A DNA stretch of 63,822 nucleotides, counting the filler, from Perkinsus olseni (Eukaryota), in the NCBI GenBank assembly GCA_013115125.1. It is 6 parts of 6 records of this genome, joined end to end, with 100 filler letters (N's around TTAATTAATTAA, not from the genome) between each part and the next. Parts side by side here need not be neighbours in the genome. Positions count along the whole stretch, not along the records: positions 42,733 to 53,227 come from JABANN010000870.1; positions 53,328 to 63,822 come from JABANN010000871.1; 4 more parts are not named here. One strand, written 5' to 3'. This document shows, piece after piece, positions 47,898 to 61,840 of this stretch; the first letter of the stretch is position 1; each line of letters opens with the position of its first letter. Both the position numbers and the translations under genes were made by a program. The notes under the pieces were generated by a model. That model searched no databases and was not told the origin of the DNA. It worked only from the letters and a program-made list of their open reading frames with translations.

Positions 47898-49227
47898 GCC
47901 TATGTAGCTTGAATGAAGGCTGACAAGTACTCGTTTCTCTTCCTCCGCTGCTTTATTGGGGGATGATCCAGCTTATCCTCCATTGTAATGCCAGACTAGC
48001 GCTTAAGCTGTATATTACCACATTATTGCGCGGTATCCCTCAGAAGAGTAATTGATCTCGGGTTCAGTCTGTTAGTAATGAAGGAGGGAATAGTTGGCTA
48101 GGTCGATGGCCGGCCTGTGTGCAGATGAAGATTCGTCCAGCAATAGCTCCCTTGGCACATGCCACCCCCGCGGCTGCTTGTCAGAGGCAGTCTATTCATT
48201 TCTGGAGCCCGACGTGTCCTACATAGTAGCAATCCTGCGTAGGGGTATCGGTGTGAGCGAGATTACTACGCCGTGGCCATGCGCACAACGTAGGAACTTA
48301 TGCGCGGCGGACTCTAAATCATAGCCGTAGTGCTTCAATGAAATTCAAAGCAAGGGCTATTATGGCGCTGGCGAAGGTAACAAGCGTACGAAGTAACGGG
48401 TTTGATGATGGCGGACGCGAGCTCGACCCAGCTCTCGACTGCCTGGATTTGGAGGGTGGATACTAGACGTTGCTGACTCGACCCAGGCTGGGTATAGAGT
48501 CAGGCAGCTCTGGTGTCCTATTGAACCGTTGTGTCAGCCAATTGCTGGTTGGCGGCCATCGCGTGCTCCTGGCTGTTTGCTGGCCGCAGAGTCACACAGG
48601 GTTCACGCATCCAACCTCTGCATCATGGGAATCTCGTGGTGTCCTTTTTGACGCTAGGGCACAAGTACTTCCCTTCGAGCCTTCCGCGACAGGTCTCTCT
48701 CGCAACATCGACCACTGCCGTTTAATATCAGAGTGCTAGGCCGCAGCATCACGAGATGCTCTCATCCGTAGCGGGGCCTAGTGACTGTTGAGCAGAAGCC
48801 TGGATTATCGTTGCTCGTCCCCACTGCGCACTCACTCAATGAGACAAAAAATCCAGCATTCGTGCGGCTATGGGGTGTTCCTCAGGCAGATATACGTACA
48901 GGGTGTTCCAATTCGATATGCACATCACTGAAACCAGTATATCTCAGCACCTACTGCGTATTTGACTCTTAATTTTCAGTATAACATGGATCGATATCGT
49001 ACCGTGATGTCGACTTCATACCTACCTACCTCGAGAATGAGTGCACGCGCATAGAGAAAGAGCTGTTTATGATAAATGGACACCTTACCACAACTTGGGT
49101 GGCATGGTGAACCCCTCCCCGTCTTACCAAGGCCCCGAGGGGGTTTATTTGTCGGGATTGAAGCAGTCCAGCTTATCGCACAGTCGCATCCTGGCAGCTC
49201 CCTTGAGCAACATTTTTTTGTCGTGAC

Positions 49228-50465
<1,238 letters not shown>

Positions 50466-51341
50466 TAAAAGGAAGGCTATCGCTGGTATTCGCTCTCTGG
50501 CTGCATGGGAGCCGCTACTTTCAGTGGCCCGTCTCACCGAGCTTTTGACTGTGTCTCAGCGGACCGAAAATCTGTTACTCATGAACTACTTATCGGCCTA
50601 CTGGGGGCAGTTTCTTCCTTCCAAGGTTCAGTGTTTCCCTGCAGTAGTATGGTTGTGCCATATGCTAATCGCCAATCATTCTTGTCGCTGCTTCGCTTTT
50701 CTCTCGGGGGTAAGTCGTCTATTTTCAGCGTTAGGTGTCCTAAAACCGGAGTTGAACCATTGGGAGTGATACTACCTCTCAAGAGGGTTGGTCGATGTGC
50801 ACCAGATCGACATGGTGGAGTATTAGTGGTCCTCACCAAATTTGATGTTGCTTTTACCGTGCAATGTGTAGTTCGGGAGCTGGGGCTCTTTGAAGCTCCC
50901 TGTCTTTATTTCGAGCCCTCGGAAGGCACACTCTTTCGAGCTCGGAGAAAAGCACCGTACCAAGCAGAGACTAGGGTATTTATCTATCACACATCTATAG
51001 CAATATTCAGGTCCCCAGTTCATACGACCGCCCTCCATTCCCACTGGTCACCTTGAGTATTGAACAACTCCTTAGCTAGACACTCTGGGTTGCGAGAGAC
51101 ACGCTTCGGGTAGTAACGCACGAGTTGCTCCCATGTAGTAGTACCAGGCTGGTACTCCGACTCCCGATTGTGAAGCGCCTAGTGACAATAACGACTTGTT
51201 ATTGCGACTACGCGCCGCTGGTGCATTCATCTGACGGCCCTGTCAAAGGGCAACTTCACAGTACATTGGCGATAAACGAAAATAAAATCCGAATAGCTAA
51301 GGCTGGAACTCACATCCGCTACAGCTTTCCCGATCACCTCG

Positions 51342-52422
51342 ATGAGCTCCACGACGTCGTTGAGGGTACCAGGACCGGGTCCACGCACCCGCCTGCTCAC
51401 CCCGATAGCTGAGGTCCAGAAGCCCAAGAGTCCGACGTTTTATGGTACCTCTCGATGGCGGCCGTTGATTCCGCCAAAGAAAACCGATCCCTCCTCGTCT
51501 CTGTCAGGACACTCTGAGGCCAGGGCTTCCCCTAGCTCCGCTGGCTTAGTAAGAGCCCATTTGATGATGATTCTTGCGCAGGCCTTTTTTGCGGGGAATT
51601 ACGTATGTTTCAAGGCCTTCAGTCGACACTCGGAAGATGTAATGAAAAGGGCTGTGAGGGAGGGGAGATCCTTGTTGTTGTTCTTAGATTTTTGGCAAGA
51701 CGTCGGCTACTATATTCTCTTTGATGAGAGGTATTGTTAGTTTGGTCCTCCTGCCGATTATCTTCTATGCCAGGTAGTATCGGATAGGTACACGACCTTG
51801 TGCACCTACGGCCTCATTTATTCTCGTTTTTGTCAGTGAGAGCCTGGGTCTCAGCGTGAGGGCCCCCGGAGTGGTGCCCTTCGTCAGATCCTTTCCTTGC
51901 CTCAGTCCTGATGGTGAATACGCAGGAGTATTACGTTTGGGAGGGGCTAATGTGAAGCCCGTACTGATCCAAGGGCTTGCTGGGTGAGGCTGGCTCCACA
52001 TTTATGCTGCCATTGTCGAGGATCGTCGTGAATGGTGTCGCAATTTCCTCAGAGCGACCCGACTGAATATCGTGCCGTATGGGTTGATGTTCACAGGAGC
52101 GGCATCGGCAGGAGTCGTACAGCCTTTCGTGCCCGTGTGCACTTGCATGTTGGCAGTAGCGTTCGGCCTGGAGAAAGGAAATAAAATAAAGTAAAAAGGG
52201 GGCGGTATCAAAGGGTTGACCTGGCATGATGCAGAACAGGTCGCCACGGCGGTTGTCTCATCCATCAGCAGGCGAACGAACAACACAGGCTGCAGTCTCG
52301 ATCGGTCACTGATAGACGATCAGGTACCTGTCTATGTTAATCGGCTGCATGGGCGTCTTTATCGCTGCCAAAGGCTACGATTTCGGCGGAGTTGATTTAG
52401 GCATCCTAATCCTCCTCGGGGT
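51342..52422 (+). pseudogene. EamA/DMT transporter copy 2, 3' part missing
   Basis: Near-identical to the exons of 43740-44775. Homology stops after ILILLG and unrelated sequence follows to the contig end. The remainder could lie beyond a long intron or insertion. Confidence 0.6.
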
Positions 52423-53227
52423 GAGTTATAACCAGTAACACCATGCTCGGGTCGCGATGGGTGTTTCGAAACTTCGTGCACATCTTTAAGGCCATCCGAT
52501 TCCTTAAAACGGAATTTTGAGACGAAATTCTGAGTCAATACGACCGATGTCACGAGTAAGATATCCGCTGGGAATGACGCTCAGGGCGTCACCCTTTCTC
52601 GCGGCGACTGCAGGTGCCAAGAGCTGACTGTCCTATGATTCTCGGCAGATGCGGAGGGGGAGAGCCCGATTCTCATACCCGAGCTCGCTCATAAGTTATG
52701 AGCTTGAAATTCCACATCTCTCGTACCTCAAGGGTTTTAGAACATTATTCGTCTGCACCTGAACATCTGTCGCTTACACATTGCAAGCATGCGAGCACCA
52801 GTGGTGCTTGCACCACCGTCGTGTTTAACACGCCGTGTTGTCCAAAAACTGGGCCAGTATTGAGCCGTGCTTAGAGTGTGTTTGCCGGTGGGATAAATGA
52901 GTTGCCTATCGAACACCAATGCTGCATGGCAAGGCATGTGCATTGATGGCCAACAGCCGAGTACGATATCCCGCTGCGCTTTCAGCGTGAGAGTTCGCCT
53001 CAGTGGCCGAGGCTTAAAAAACCGTTGCGGTTCTTCGAACAAGCTCCTCGGCGACTCAGGCGAAAGCATCGGCTATGTGAGCGTTCAAATCTTCCCAATG
53101 TCTTTGTTGCGGCTGTGTTATTCTGCAATCCTGTGTTCGAAGCCGCAAGTCTAGCTTCCATAGCCATTCGAGCACGAACAAATTCCTCGGTGTCCGCCCT
53201 AAAATTTCGGGCGCGCCTGTGACAGCG

Positions 53228-53327
53228 NNNNNNNNNNNNNNNNNNNNNNNNNNNNNNNNNNNNNNNNNNNNTTAATTAATTAANNNNNNNNNNNNNNNNN
53301 NNNNNNNNNNNNNNNNNNNNNNNNNNN
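53228..53327. other. Artificial contig linker
   Basis: N44-TTAATTAATTAA-N44. Confidence 0.98.
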
Positions 53328-54481
53328 ACAGGCCATGGGGACAGATCGGCCACAATAACGTATTACAGTAGGCAATCATTGAAAAGGCGGTTCACTACAC
53401 TCCACTTTGAATTGAGGACCTCTGACAGAGGTGCCCCCTCGACGACTTGAAGCCGCCGATATTCTGCCCGCGTTGAGCTAGAAGAATAGACACATACACG
53501 TGTGCATAGCGAGTCGTGCAACTTGAACGCACACGTTAAGGGCACACCGTGCCACACTCCTCCCGGCGTGCTACATGAAGAAACAGTTCAGCTATGACCT
53601 CTGGGCCAAGGTAGCAAAGACCTCCTGTAGGATAGGTCCTCGGAGGACCATCCTCCAGAAGGACAGCGCAGGTGAGAACTGCCATACCATCTCGCTCGGA
53701 GGACGACCAAAAGAAAGAGAATGAAAATGAGGAGCAGAAGGAGTAGAACGATGAGGAACAGTCGAGCCTCGATTTCCACAAGGAGTTGAGAATGTGGACA
53801 AGGATGACGACGACTACGAGGAGGACAAGGAGCTGGCCAATAAAGTACTGGGTAGGGATACGGGTTTGCCTACGAAGTCGGCTGGACACCCAACCCAAGG
53901 CGGTTCAGAAGCATATGGATTGCAATAAACGGTACCGGTCCGAAAGGTCTGGCCTTTAGCTGGCTTGTTTGACCACAGCTAAGAGTGTCAAGGGAAAGAA
54001 TATCAGTCTGACTCCGCCAACGACTTCCAAAAAACGTGGTCAAGAAAATGAAGCACAAGGAGCGAGGCCAAATGGTCGATGATCTCAAAAAGTCATTAAT
54101 GCAAGACAGACAGTCGGGAGTGGATGATGAATAAATGGTAGGCGAATGGTGAATGCCGCATCAACATTATCATCGTCATCATCATGTTTCAGGTTAAAGT
54201 CCAACGCCGCCGCTGACTTACTTAGCCTCGATTCCGACGTTCTAGTTCCTTATCGATGAGCTCTGTGTTGCGTAACGCAACTTGCGTTGCTCAGTTAGGC
54301 CGAACGCCCTGTCAGCTACTGTATATCTATGAACATCATCACCATTACCAGTGACCATCGCGCAGGCATCTCTGCTTATCCACAATGCAGCATCAAGTGA
54401 ATGAACGCAGATCATCGAGGTCACTAGAAAACTCATGTTACGAGCACAGAGACGGTCACTGAATGATAAATATACTACGCA

Positions 54482-56506
54482 CTAGAGTTTGCTGAAACGA
54501 GGCTTGCCGGGCTTCTTCGACATCGTATGGGCGATGGTCCTGATAACATGCTATGTCCGAAGGTGGATGCAGGAGACTAGAGACGACTCACTTCATCATG
54601 TCTCTGGACCCGAGGACCATGGCCTGATTCCAGACAGCGTTGTGCTTCAGCTGCATCGCCGTTTGGGCCTCTCGTCCGTACTCCAGGACATGCTTGATAC
54701 CGACCACGGCCACCGGTGAGTTACCTGGGCGCTGGAATAAAATGGCGAATAGGAAAAGTATCTTTTCGTACTGGCTATGTCTTCACACAGCTTGAGGCCG
54801 GCTGACAAGGCGTCCTGTTCAATCTGAAGGAACGAGGAAGAGATTTGAAGCCACCAGACACTCTGAACAACCCAATATTGTAAATTACAATATTGGGTTG
54901 TTCAGAGTGTTCAATTACAATTTGTAATGTTTATATCGCTGACCCTCTCTTGCTCCGGTGAGTAGCTTTGCCGAAGCTAAGCGAAATCGTTGATGATGCA
55001 AAGGCAACGGGCCAAAGAGTAGTTCCAGATGGTGAACCCTGTGTCATAGCAACCAGATATTGTAATGTTTATATCGCTGATCCCATCTTGCTCCGATAAG
55101 GAGCTACGCTTAAGCTGAGTGGCGGATGATAAGAAGACAGCAGATGGAAGGTGGGATTCCAGACGGCAAAACCCGGGTGTTGTGTTATGATAACACAACA
55201 CCCGGGTTTTGCCGTCTGGATAACACTGTTATCATCCAGCCAGTCTCTTCGCAACATCTCGCAAAAACTACGCCATTCCCGATCGAATAAAATCAAGCTT
55301 CGGTGTTTTCCAACAATTTTGGTAGCTCTCTAGCGAGAGTCACGGAAACTGAAGTTGTTTTAAACAGAATTTCATTTTCTGTCCCTCTTGAATCAACCGA
55401 AAAAGATATTCTTTAACCGGAAAACGGTGTAGTTCTTTCATCGCTATGGCCATCGAGGTCACCTTGGAGACGAAGCCGAGGTCCTTGGCCTCCTCAGCGC
55501 CGAAGTCCCGTCCAGTGTAGCACAACTCCCTCACTACGGAATCGCTCCCACAAATGAGTGGGAAGAACCTACGCACAGCGGAAGCTGATTTTGCGGAGAC
55601 GGTCGCCAATTCTACTGTAAAGTGCCAACGTCGGCTGCCATGCCCACGAGGACTTCGCGAATGCTGAAGCGGACATCCGGCGAGGCGATCCTGATGTCTA
55701 CTTGACTGAGGAGATCAATGCCCGCCCCTGAAACAACGATAGCGGACCGCTGCTGTGACTCTATGACCTACCGTAAGCAATGCCATGGGCTACAGCAACC
55801 ACAGGCACACGGCACTTCCGGACAGAAGCCAAGCAACTGAGGCTCAGCATTGACGAGCTAGTTCCGTGAAATGCTGATGCTCACTCACTCCTGCAGGAAA
55901 AGCACTAGCTGACCGGCTCTCAGCGCCATCCGGGGAAAGTCCGGTGACTCGGGATCATTGGGGTCAGGGGCCGCACCGAACATCGAGGCAAGATCGGGGT
56001 CGGTCAAGTCGAGACCTAAGCGCCTAGTGCAGTCCCTTTGCCGCCTCTCCCACGTACCTGCTGTGAAGCCCTTGGGCCCATTACCACTGAGTAAAATGCA
56101 CCGCACTCGACTGTCCTCGTTAACCTGCAACCAAGCTAGTATAATGCTTATATCGGTGCTCCTATCTTGCTTCGCTGAGCTGAGTGGCGGATGATGCGAA
56201 GAGAATTGGCCGTAGAAGACTGGATTCCAGATGGCGAATCAAGGGTGTTGTGTGCTCAATCAGGCAGTCTCTTTACACTAGGAAATCATCTGAACACTCG
56301 CTAGCTACCTGCGTGAAGCAGTGTTTGATGTCCTTCCACATTTGCATGCTAAATGCATTGATACGCTTGGGTCTGTTAAGTGCCACGTGCAGGACCTACG
56401 CGAAGTCAGAGACGACGGTGAAGCAGAAGTACTCTAGTGGACTCACATGAGCGTCGGCACTGCCTTTCAATTCGACGTGTAGTGTCTGATAGGTGTAGTC
56501 TGGCAT
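54482..56506 (-). CDS. ECH1: Delta(3,5)-Delta(2,4)-dienoyl-CoA isomerase (crotonase family), peroxisomal, multi-exon
   Basis: Motifs VLHVALNRPKRINAF, VRCILLSG..FTA/GLDL, GAGIDL, REVLVGMAADVGTLQ, RELCYTGRDF, SPVAVVGIK. The last exon ends KPRFSKL* (PTS1). Confidence 0.88.
54915..55260. repeat. Intronic repeat, two partial copies here and one at about 56138-56275, all in ECH1 introns
   Basis: TGTAATGTTTATATCGCTGA..TCTTGCTCCG occurs at about 54923 and 55061. GCTGAGTGGCGGATGAT..GGATTCCAGA..GGGTGTTGTGT is shared by about 55114-55185 and 56179-56252. Confidence 0.7.
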
Positions 56507-57566
56507 ACGGGCTTAGCGGCTAAATCACTGAACGACCATCACACATACTTACTTCGCCACGGAGTGATGATGGCATTGCACGGAGGTTTTAGTCCAAGGT
56601 AATTTCCCGATAGGACTCCGGTAACCGGAGTCCGGTTTGTGACTGTCGGTTGCAGCTGTTGCACACCATTACCATTAGCATTGACGACGTTACTGAGCAT
56701 TAACGACCTCAAAGCCTTTGTGTCACAGGGCCAAGCGGAATGGCATTCTACAACGCTTTTCGACATAAGCGAGTAAATCCTCTCCGGTGCTGCTCCGACT
56801 CGGGTAAGATACTCTCAAGTCCTCATTAAGCAGGCTAGAAACACCCGAGAACGATGCTGGCCATTCAGGAATCGGAGTAGACCTGGGTCCCTACGATGTG
56901 CTCCTCGGGCTCCCCAGAAAGCCTCTGGTTTTGTTACATACTTGCGCGGCGATGAGGCGTAATTTCCTAATTTTCCCACTTTGTGCGTGCGAACACAGCA
57001 GGAGCACGCAGACGCAGGACCGTGTCAACTAACTTCGCTTCAACTATGTACGACTGTGCTCTACGCTTCTAAGTTCCCAGAAAACTCAACGCTGGCTGAA
57101 CGTTGAAGTACTGAGCAATGTATGACAAATCCGCATCGCTCCGCCTAGTAGTGATCTGCACAAATTATATTTTCCGTCGTACCATCGAAATAGAACACCG
57201 TCGGGTGGTGCGAAGGTGTTCAACTAACCAATGTCTTTGCCCCTCGCGGGGGTCTGTTTGTCTCTTTGGCTGGTTAAGGTCGATGAACTTTCCATTTGTG
57301 AATCGCATAATCTACCATTTCACACATGTATGGTTCCGTTCTCACTCAAAGAAACCAACCATTTCTGAGACTCAGAATCGATTCTGGAACCACATTTTTC
57401 GTGTGAAAATCAATTCTAGGATCGACTCTGAGTCTCAGAGTTACTTCACCGGGCAGGGGGGCCATCTCCCCGCTGTGCGTCACGACGGCTTATCTCTATC
57501 AGGCAGTACTCGATATCCCTTGGATCCTTGCTCACTTTCCCGAGTGCATCCCACTTGACTTGGCAT

Positions 57567-59124
57567 ATGCCTCACTCTGGGTTCTTCGTCGTTCTAACGT
57601 CGGTTGTTGCGGCCGATAAGTTCCGTGAACTACAATTCCTCTATGCTCATACCGGAGGGGATGTCCATTATCTCTTCATCCCGGATTCTCGCCGTAGATC
57701 GGGCGCGGCCCTCCCTCAACTCAGAGAAAGAGACTTGATTCGCTCGAAACACATTGCGGACGGCGTTGAGTTCCTCCAGATGAACTCCTACATAGTAAAA
57801 GCAGAGGGCAATGAAGGCCCTACTAAAGAGGCTACTATCCTCAGACTGAACAATCATGGGCAGACTCGAGAGTTCTCCGCCCGGGTCGTGCAAGGCAAAG
57901 ATAGTGGTTGCTTCCGTGACGTCCACAGCGCTACACCGAGCGTGGTGGGCTTCCCAGAAAGGCCGGGCTTCGGTATGCTCATGTTCAACATGGAGAAGGC
58001 TAGCCCTGAGATCGAGAGCGAACTTGTGAGAGTATGTAGGGATGGTCTCAGTCCGATCCTGCCGCAGGAGGGCGATCGGGACCTGGCCGTGGGTGACTAC
58101 GGTGGAGCGTACGACGGGAAGCTCGCTATCAACATGACTTTAATCCGAGACGGCCCTCCTAGAGTCGCTCTACGTGAGTGCCAGCCAGGCTCTCTGGGTA
58201 CACTCCGGAAGGTGGTCTACCAGAAGCTTTGCAACTTCCTCGTTGCTGTGCCGGTTTTCAAGAAAGATGGGATAACCTATTTCTACCGCATTTTGCTCAC
58301 TCCTGGACTCCCCGTAATTTCCGCTGGCAATATTTGTAAACGGTCGTCTAGGTCCTATGACCTGGTCGAGCCCCTTCCGAGAACAGGAGGGCCCCGCGCT
58401 AGAGCAAGCTGCTCGTTCCACATTGGCAAGTCGACTGAGAAAATCCACAGCTCCCGTATGATGGACTGGGACAACGCGTTGAAGCTTGGTTTCTCGGTAC
58501 GGCCACGAGGACTTCCGCGAAGAGCCAGATTGCCTTCGGGCCCGTTCAAGGCGTGGACGGCTTTTCCAAAGCCTGTATGTCACATGATGATGGTGTTTGT
58601 GGCTGTTGTTATTCACGCGATCGAGTTGTGTTTTAGTAGCTGCACAGTTGGTTAAGAGAGAATGTTTCGTTGAGGATTCCCGATGCCTCTTGCCGGGCGA
58701 GGTTGACGCGGGAGGAAGACCCTCTTGGGAATGCCTTACCTGCCCTATACTCCTCTGAGGTTCTCTCAGGCCTCCCTCACATCCGAAGTCAGAAATCTCG
58801 GAATGCGGGTCATTAGTCGAGGGGGTAGTTCGGAATTCAGGAGGAGTTCGCAGTGGGGTCGCTATGCCATATGGTAGTGGCAGCAGCAGTGGGGCCGCTA
58901 TGCCATATGGTAGTGGCAGCAGCAGTGGGGCCGCTATGCCATATGGTAGTGGCAGCAGCAGTGGGGTCGCTATGCCATATGGTAGTGGCAGCAGCAGTGG
59001 GGTCGCTATGCCATATGGTAGTGGCAGCAGCAGCAGCAGTGGGGTCGCTATGCCATATGGTAGTGGCAGCAGCAGTGGGGCCGCTTCTTCCGGCCCGGAA
59101 GTTCCGGGGTATTCCGAAATATAA
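57567..59124 (+). CDS. Lineage-specific secreted protein, paralog A, probably with a spliced C-terminal repeat exon
   Basis: Signal-like MPHSGFFVVLTSVVAA followed by DKFRELQFLYA, with a long exon to about 58575. The downstream open frame encodes (SSSGV/AAMPYGSG)n and ends at 59124. The splicing link is inferred. Confidence 0.6.
58851..59085 (+). repeat. 36-bp minisatellite, 6 full copies plus a partial copy
   Basis: Unit CAGTGGGG(T/C)CGCTATGCCATATGGTAGTGGCAGCAG; one copy has an extra CAGCAG. Confidence 0.95.
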
Positions 59125-60079
59125 AAGTTTGGTACCGCTCGAAGTAAGCATACTTCCACCTCGGCGCGTCCCCTCATCCCCACCTAACTCTCCAACTTTC
59201 ACATAAGGTGGTCACTTGTTCCTGGCCGCCATAGCAGATCTTGTCACCCGGTGTCCATCGCGAGGCCCTCATCGGACGGGTTCGTCTCCTGGGCCCTCCG
59301 ACGAGTATTGTCGTGTATGACGAGCTACTTCTATGTTCCACAGGAAAGGGGGGCTTGGTGATCGGTAAGAGCTTGCTCGTGATGGCATAAGTAAATTCGC
59401 AGATTGCAAAGCCCTCATAATATGCCGAGGAAGCTCATGCAGTTGACTCACTCACTCACAGCCGACCTCATGCGTGAGCCATGCTTTGACCTCAGAGCGT
59501 AGAGGGATAACGTCTGGATCTGATCCAGACGTTATCCCTCTATGCTGGATTCCAGTGGATCATCTGCGTTCTGTTTTCGCCTTGCACCGCTCCGCCACAA
59601 GGGGAGACAAGACGTGAAGCGCACGAAAGTAGACTTTTCCAGCGTCTCCGGTATTTACCGCAGACTCTGTCACCCAGTGTGAAGCCAGCATAGAGGCTGC
59701 CGAACTTCCGCCGTATTTCTGGCGAACGTGATGGACCCCGAGGCTTCGGGTCGCAGCTCGGTGTCTCCATGAGTGCCCCCGGATCAACTCGGATCTTGCC
59801 GAATTTCGTTCCAGGCTATACCTGTGCTGGTTTCGGCATGGAGCAGAGGATCACTAGGGCAGCAGGGTGATCAGACTTCACTGTTGTTCCCTTAGCGTAC
59901 GGATGTGCTGTCCCTCTAGTGCTACTTACATGACGTATCATTCGTTGCTGTATTACTTCATTACGCCCTGTTACGTTCGTCTCCGATCGTGCTTCGTTCT
60001 ACGGTTACTGCGTCATTATTGGGTCTTTGGTTCACTCAGTAAAACCTGCAGGTGCCCCACTCCAAGTTTTTTGCGGGCT

Positions 60080-61100
60080 ATGAAGGTCCTTTCTCGGCCT
60101 TCATTAGTTCTGCTGTTCACAGTCGGGCTGGCTGTCCTGAGTGACAAGTTCCGGGAGCTTCAGCTCCTCTATGCTGCCACCGAGGAGGGGGTTCGGTACA
60201 TTTTCATACCGGACCCACGCAAGTGGTCTGGCTCTGTCGTCGGCCACTTGAGAAGCAAGAATTTGGTCCGCTCGGAACACACTGTTAACAACGTGAGTTC
60301 TTACCAAATGAACTCGTTTATAGAGAGGAAAAATGAGAATGAACAGCCAGCTACTAAGGCTACTATTCTGCGAGTCGATCAGGACGGCCACACTGAGGAG
60401 TCTCAGGCGAGGTGATGCAGGCTGACGATGACTGTTTTTGTGACGTTCACAGCTTGACTCCGAAAGTAGCGAGCTCTTCGACGAGTGGACGCGGCAGTTA
60501 CGTCATTATCAGTACGGCAGAAGCCAGACCAGAGGTGAAGGGCGAGCTGCGGAGGGCCTGTCGGGACGGTCTGAGTCCCATCCGGCCGCAGGAGGGTTAT
60601 GAGGATCTGGCCTTGGGCGACTACAGCGGAGTGTATGACGGAAAGTTTACTATCAAGTTGACACTCTTCCGGGAAGACCCTCCTGACTTTGTCCTACGAG
60701 AGTGCGAAGCGAGGTCTCTGGGTACCCTCAAGAAAGTGGTCTATCGTAAGGTCTGCAACTTCCTCATCGCTATGCTGGTCTTCGAGAAGGACGGCGTTAC
60801 CTATTTCTTCCGCATCGTCCTTGCTCCTGGTCTCACCGCTATCTTCAGTAAGGACTGCTGCAAGAGATCCTCGAGTAGATCATATGACCTGGTCGCAGCT
60901 CGTGAGCGTCCACATGGTTATGCCCAAGCCAGCTGCTCCTTCCATTTGGATCGCTCCGCTGGAAAGTTCAGCAGCAAGAACATTTGGACTGGGACAGCGT
61001 CTTCAAGGTCGGTTTCACGCTCCGCCCACGGGCATGCCCGAGAAGACTTAAACTCGACGCTGCTACGTTAGAGTCGTAGGAGCTTCCTTCCCTGCGTCTG
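60080..61100 (+). pseudogene. Lineage-specific secreted protein, paralog B, with two 1-nt frameshifts
   Basis: MKVLSRPSLVLLFTVGLAVLSDKFRELQLLYA is collinear with paralog A. Single-base deletions at about 60401 and 60985 both fall in short T runs. Confidence 0.6.
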
Positions 61101-61359
61101 TATTTGGCACTCTTCATCCACATGCTACCCGAGGCTGTTCATGCTTCATGCTGTTGTCGTTCTGCACTGCGATTGTGTTGTCATGGAGGGTTCGTGATCG
61201 CTTTGGACCTCCTGAAGTAGAGCTAGTGATGTCTCAATTCGCCTGTGGTTAGGTGAAGCGAAGCACAGACGAGTGCGGTCATCGTTATTTATAAAAGCTC
61301 CGGTTCTTCTATGGTAGGACGTGGTAGGTCAGAACGTGAAATATTTGCTTTTCCATGTA

Positions 61360-61840
61360 GCTGCTAGAGAAGCAGCGGTCGCGAGGGCGGTAGTGAAGTT
61401 TTCGCAGTTGTAGCGTGAGAGAAGAGAGGGGCTTCAAGCCCCTCTCTTCAAGCAAGCAAGCCCCGGGCTTGCTTGCTCAGCCTATGATAATGTATTAAAG
61501 GATAAGTAGGCCTAATATATCCAGCCAATACAGTATCCACAGTTTGATTTGTAATTTTCAGCGTAAAAACTTTCTTTTCTTGTAACTATTTGGTTTTCAG
61601 TGTGCGTGTGAGTTTATAGTCCAACGCCTACGGTTCCGGCTTAGTGAGACGCTTGCCAATGCGCTCACTTGTTGTTTTATAGTGACTCTATCAGACTACA
61701 TCTCTCATAATCATTATAAATCACGTTTAATTTAAAGTAAAAATATAGAACAACTACCAGTAGCTAGTGAACCACCGGTCGTGAGGGTGATAGTGAATTT
61801 ATCGCGGTAGTAGCATGCGAGAAGGGGGAAGCCTGTTCAG
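61360..61840 (+). repeat. Diverged direct repeat pair (about 61360-61435 and 61760-61835)
   Basis: GGTCGCGAGGGCGGTAGTGAAGTTTTCGCAG.. versus GGTCGTGAGGGTGATAGTGAATTTATCGCGG.. Confidence 0.65.

Noticed and set aside
53700-54134. Possible decayed hAT transposase C-terminal dimerisation region
   Set aside because: The resemblance (KYW..LA..VSRERI) is weak and interrupted by stops; it cannot be supported without a search.
58851-59085. 36-bp repeats as a CRISPR array
   Set aside because: The units are head-to-tail with no unique spacers and no cas genes, in a eukaryotic context.
58170-59183. 337-aa minus-strand ORF with LLLPLPYGIA repeats
   Set aside because: It is the antisense shadow of the + strand gene and the stop-free minisatellite.
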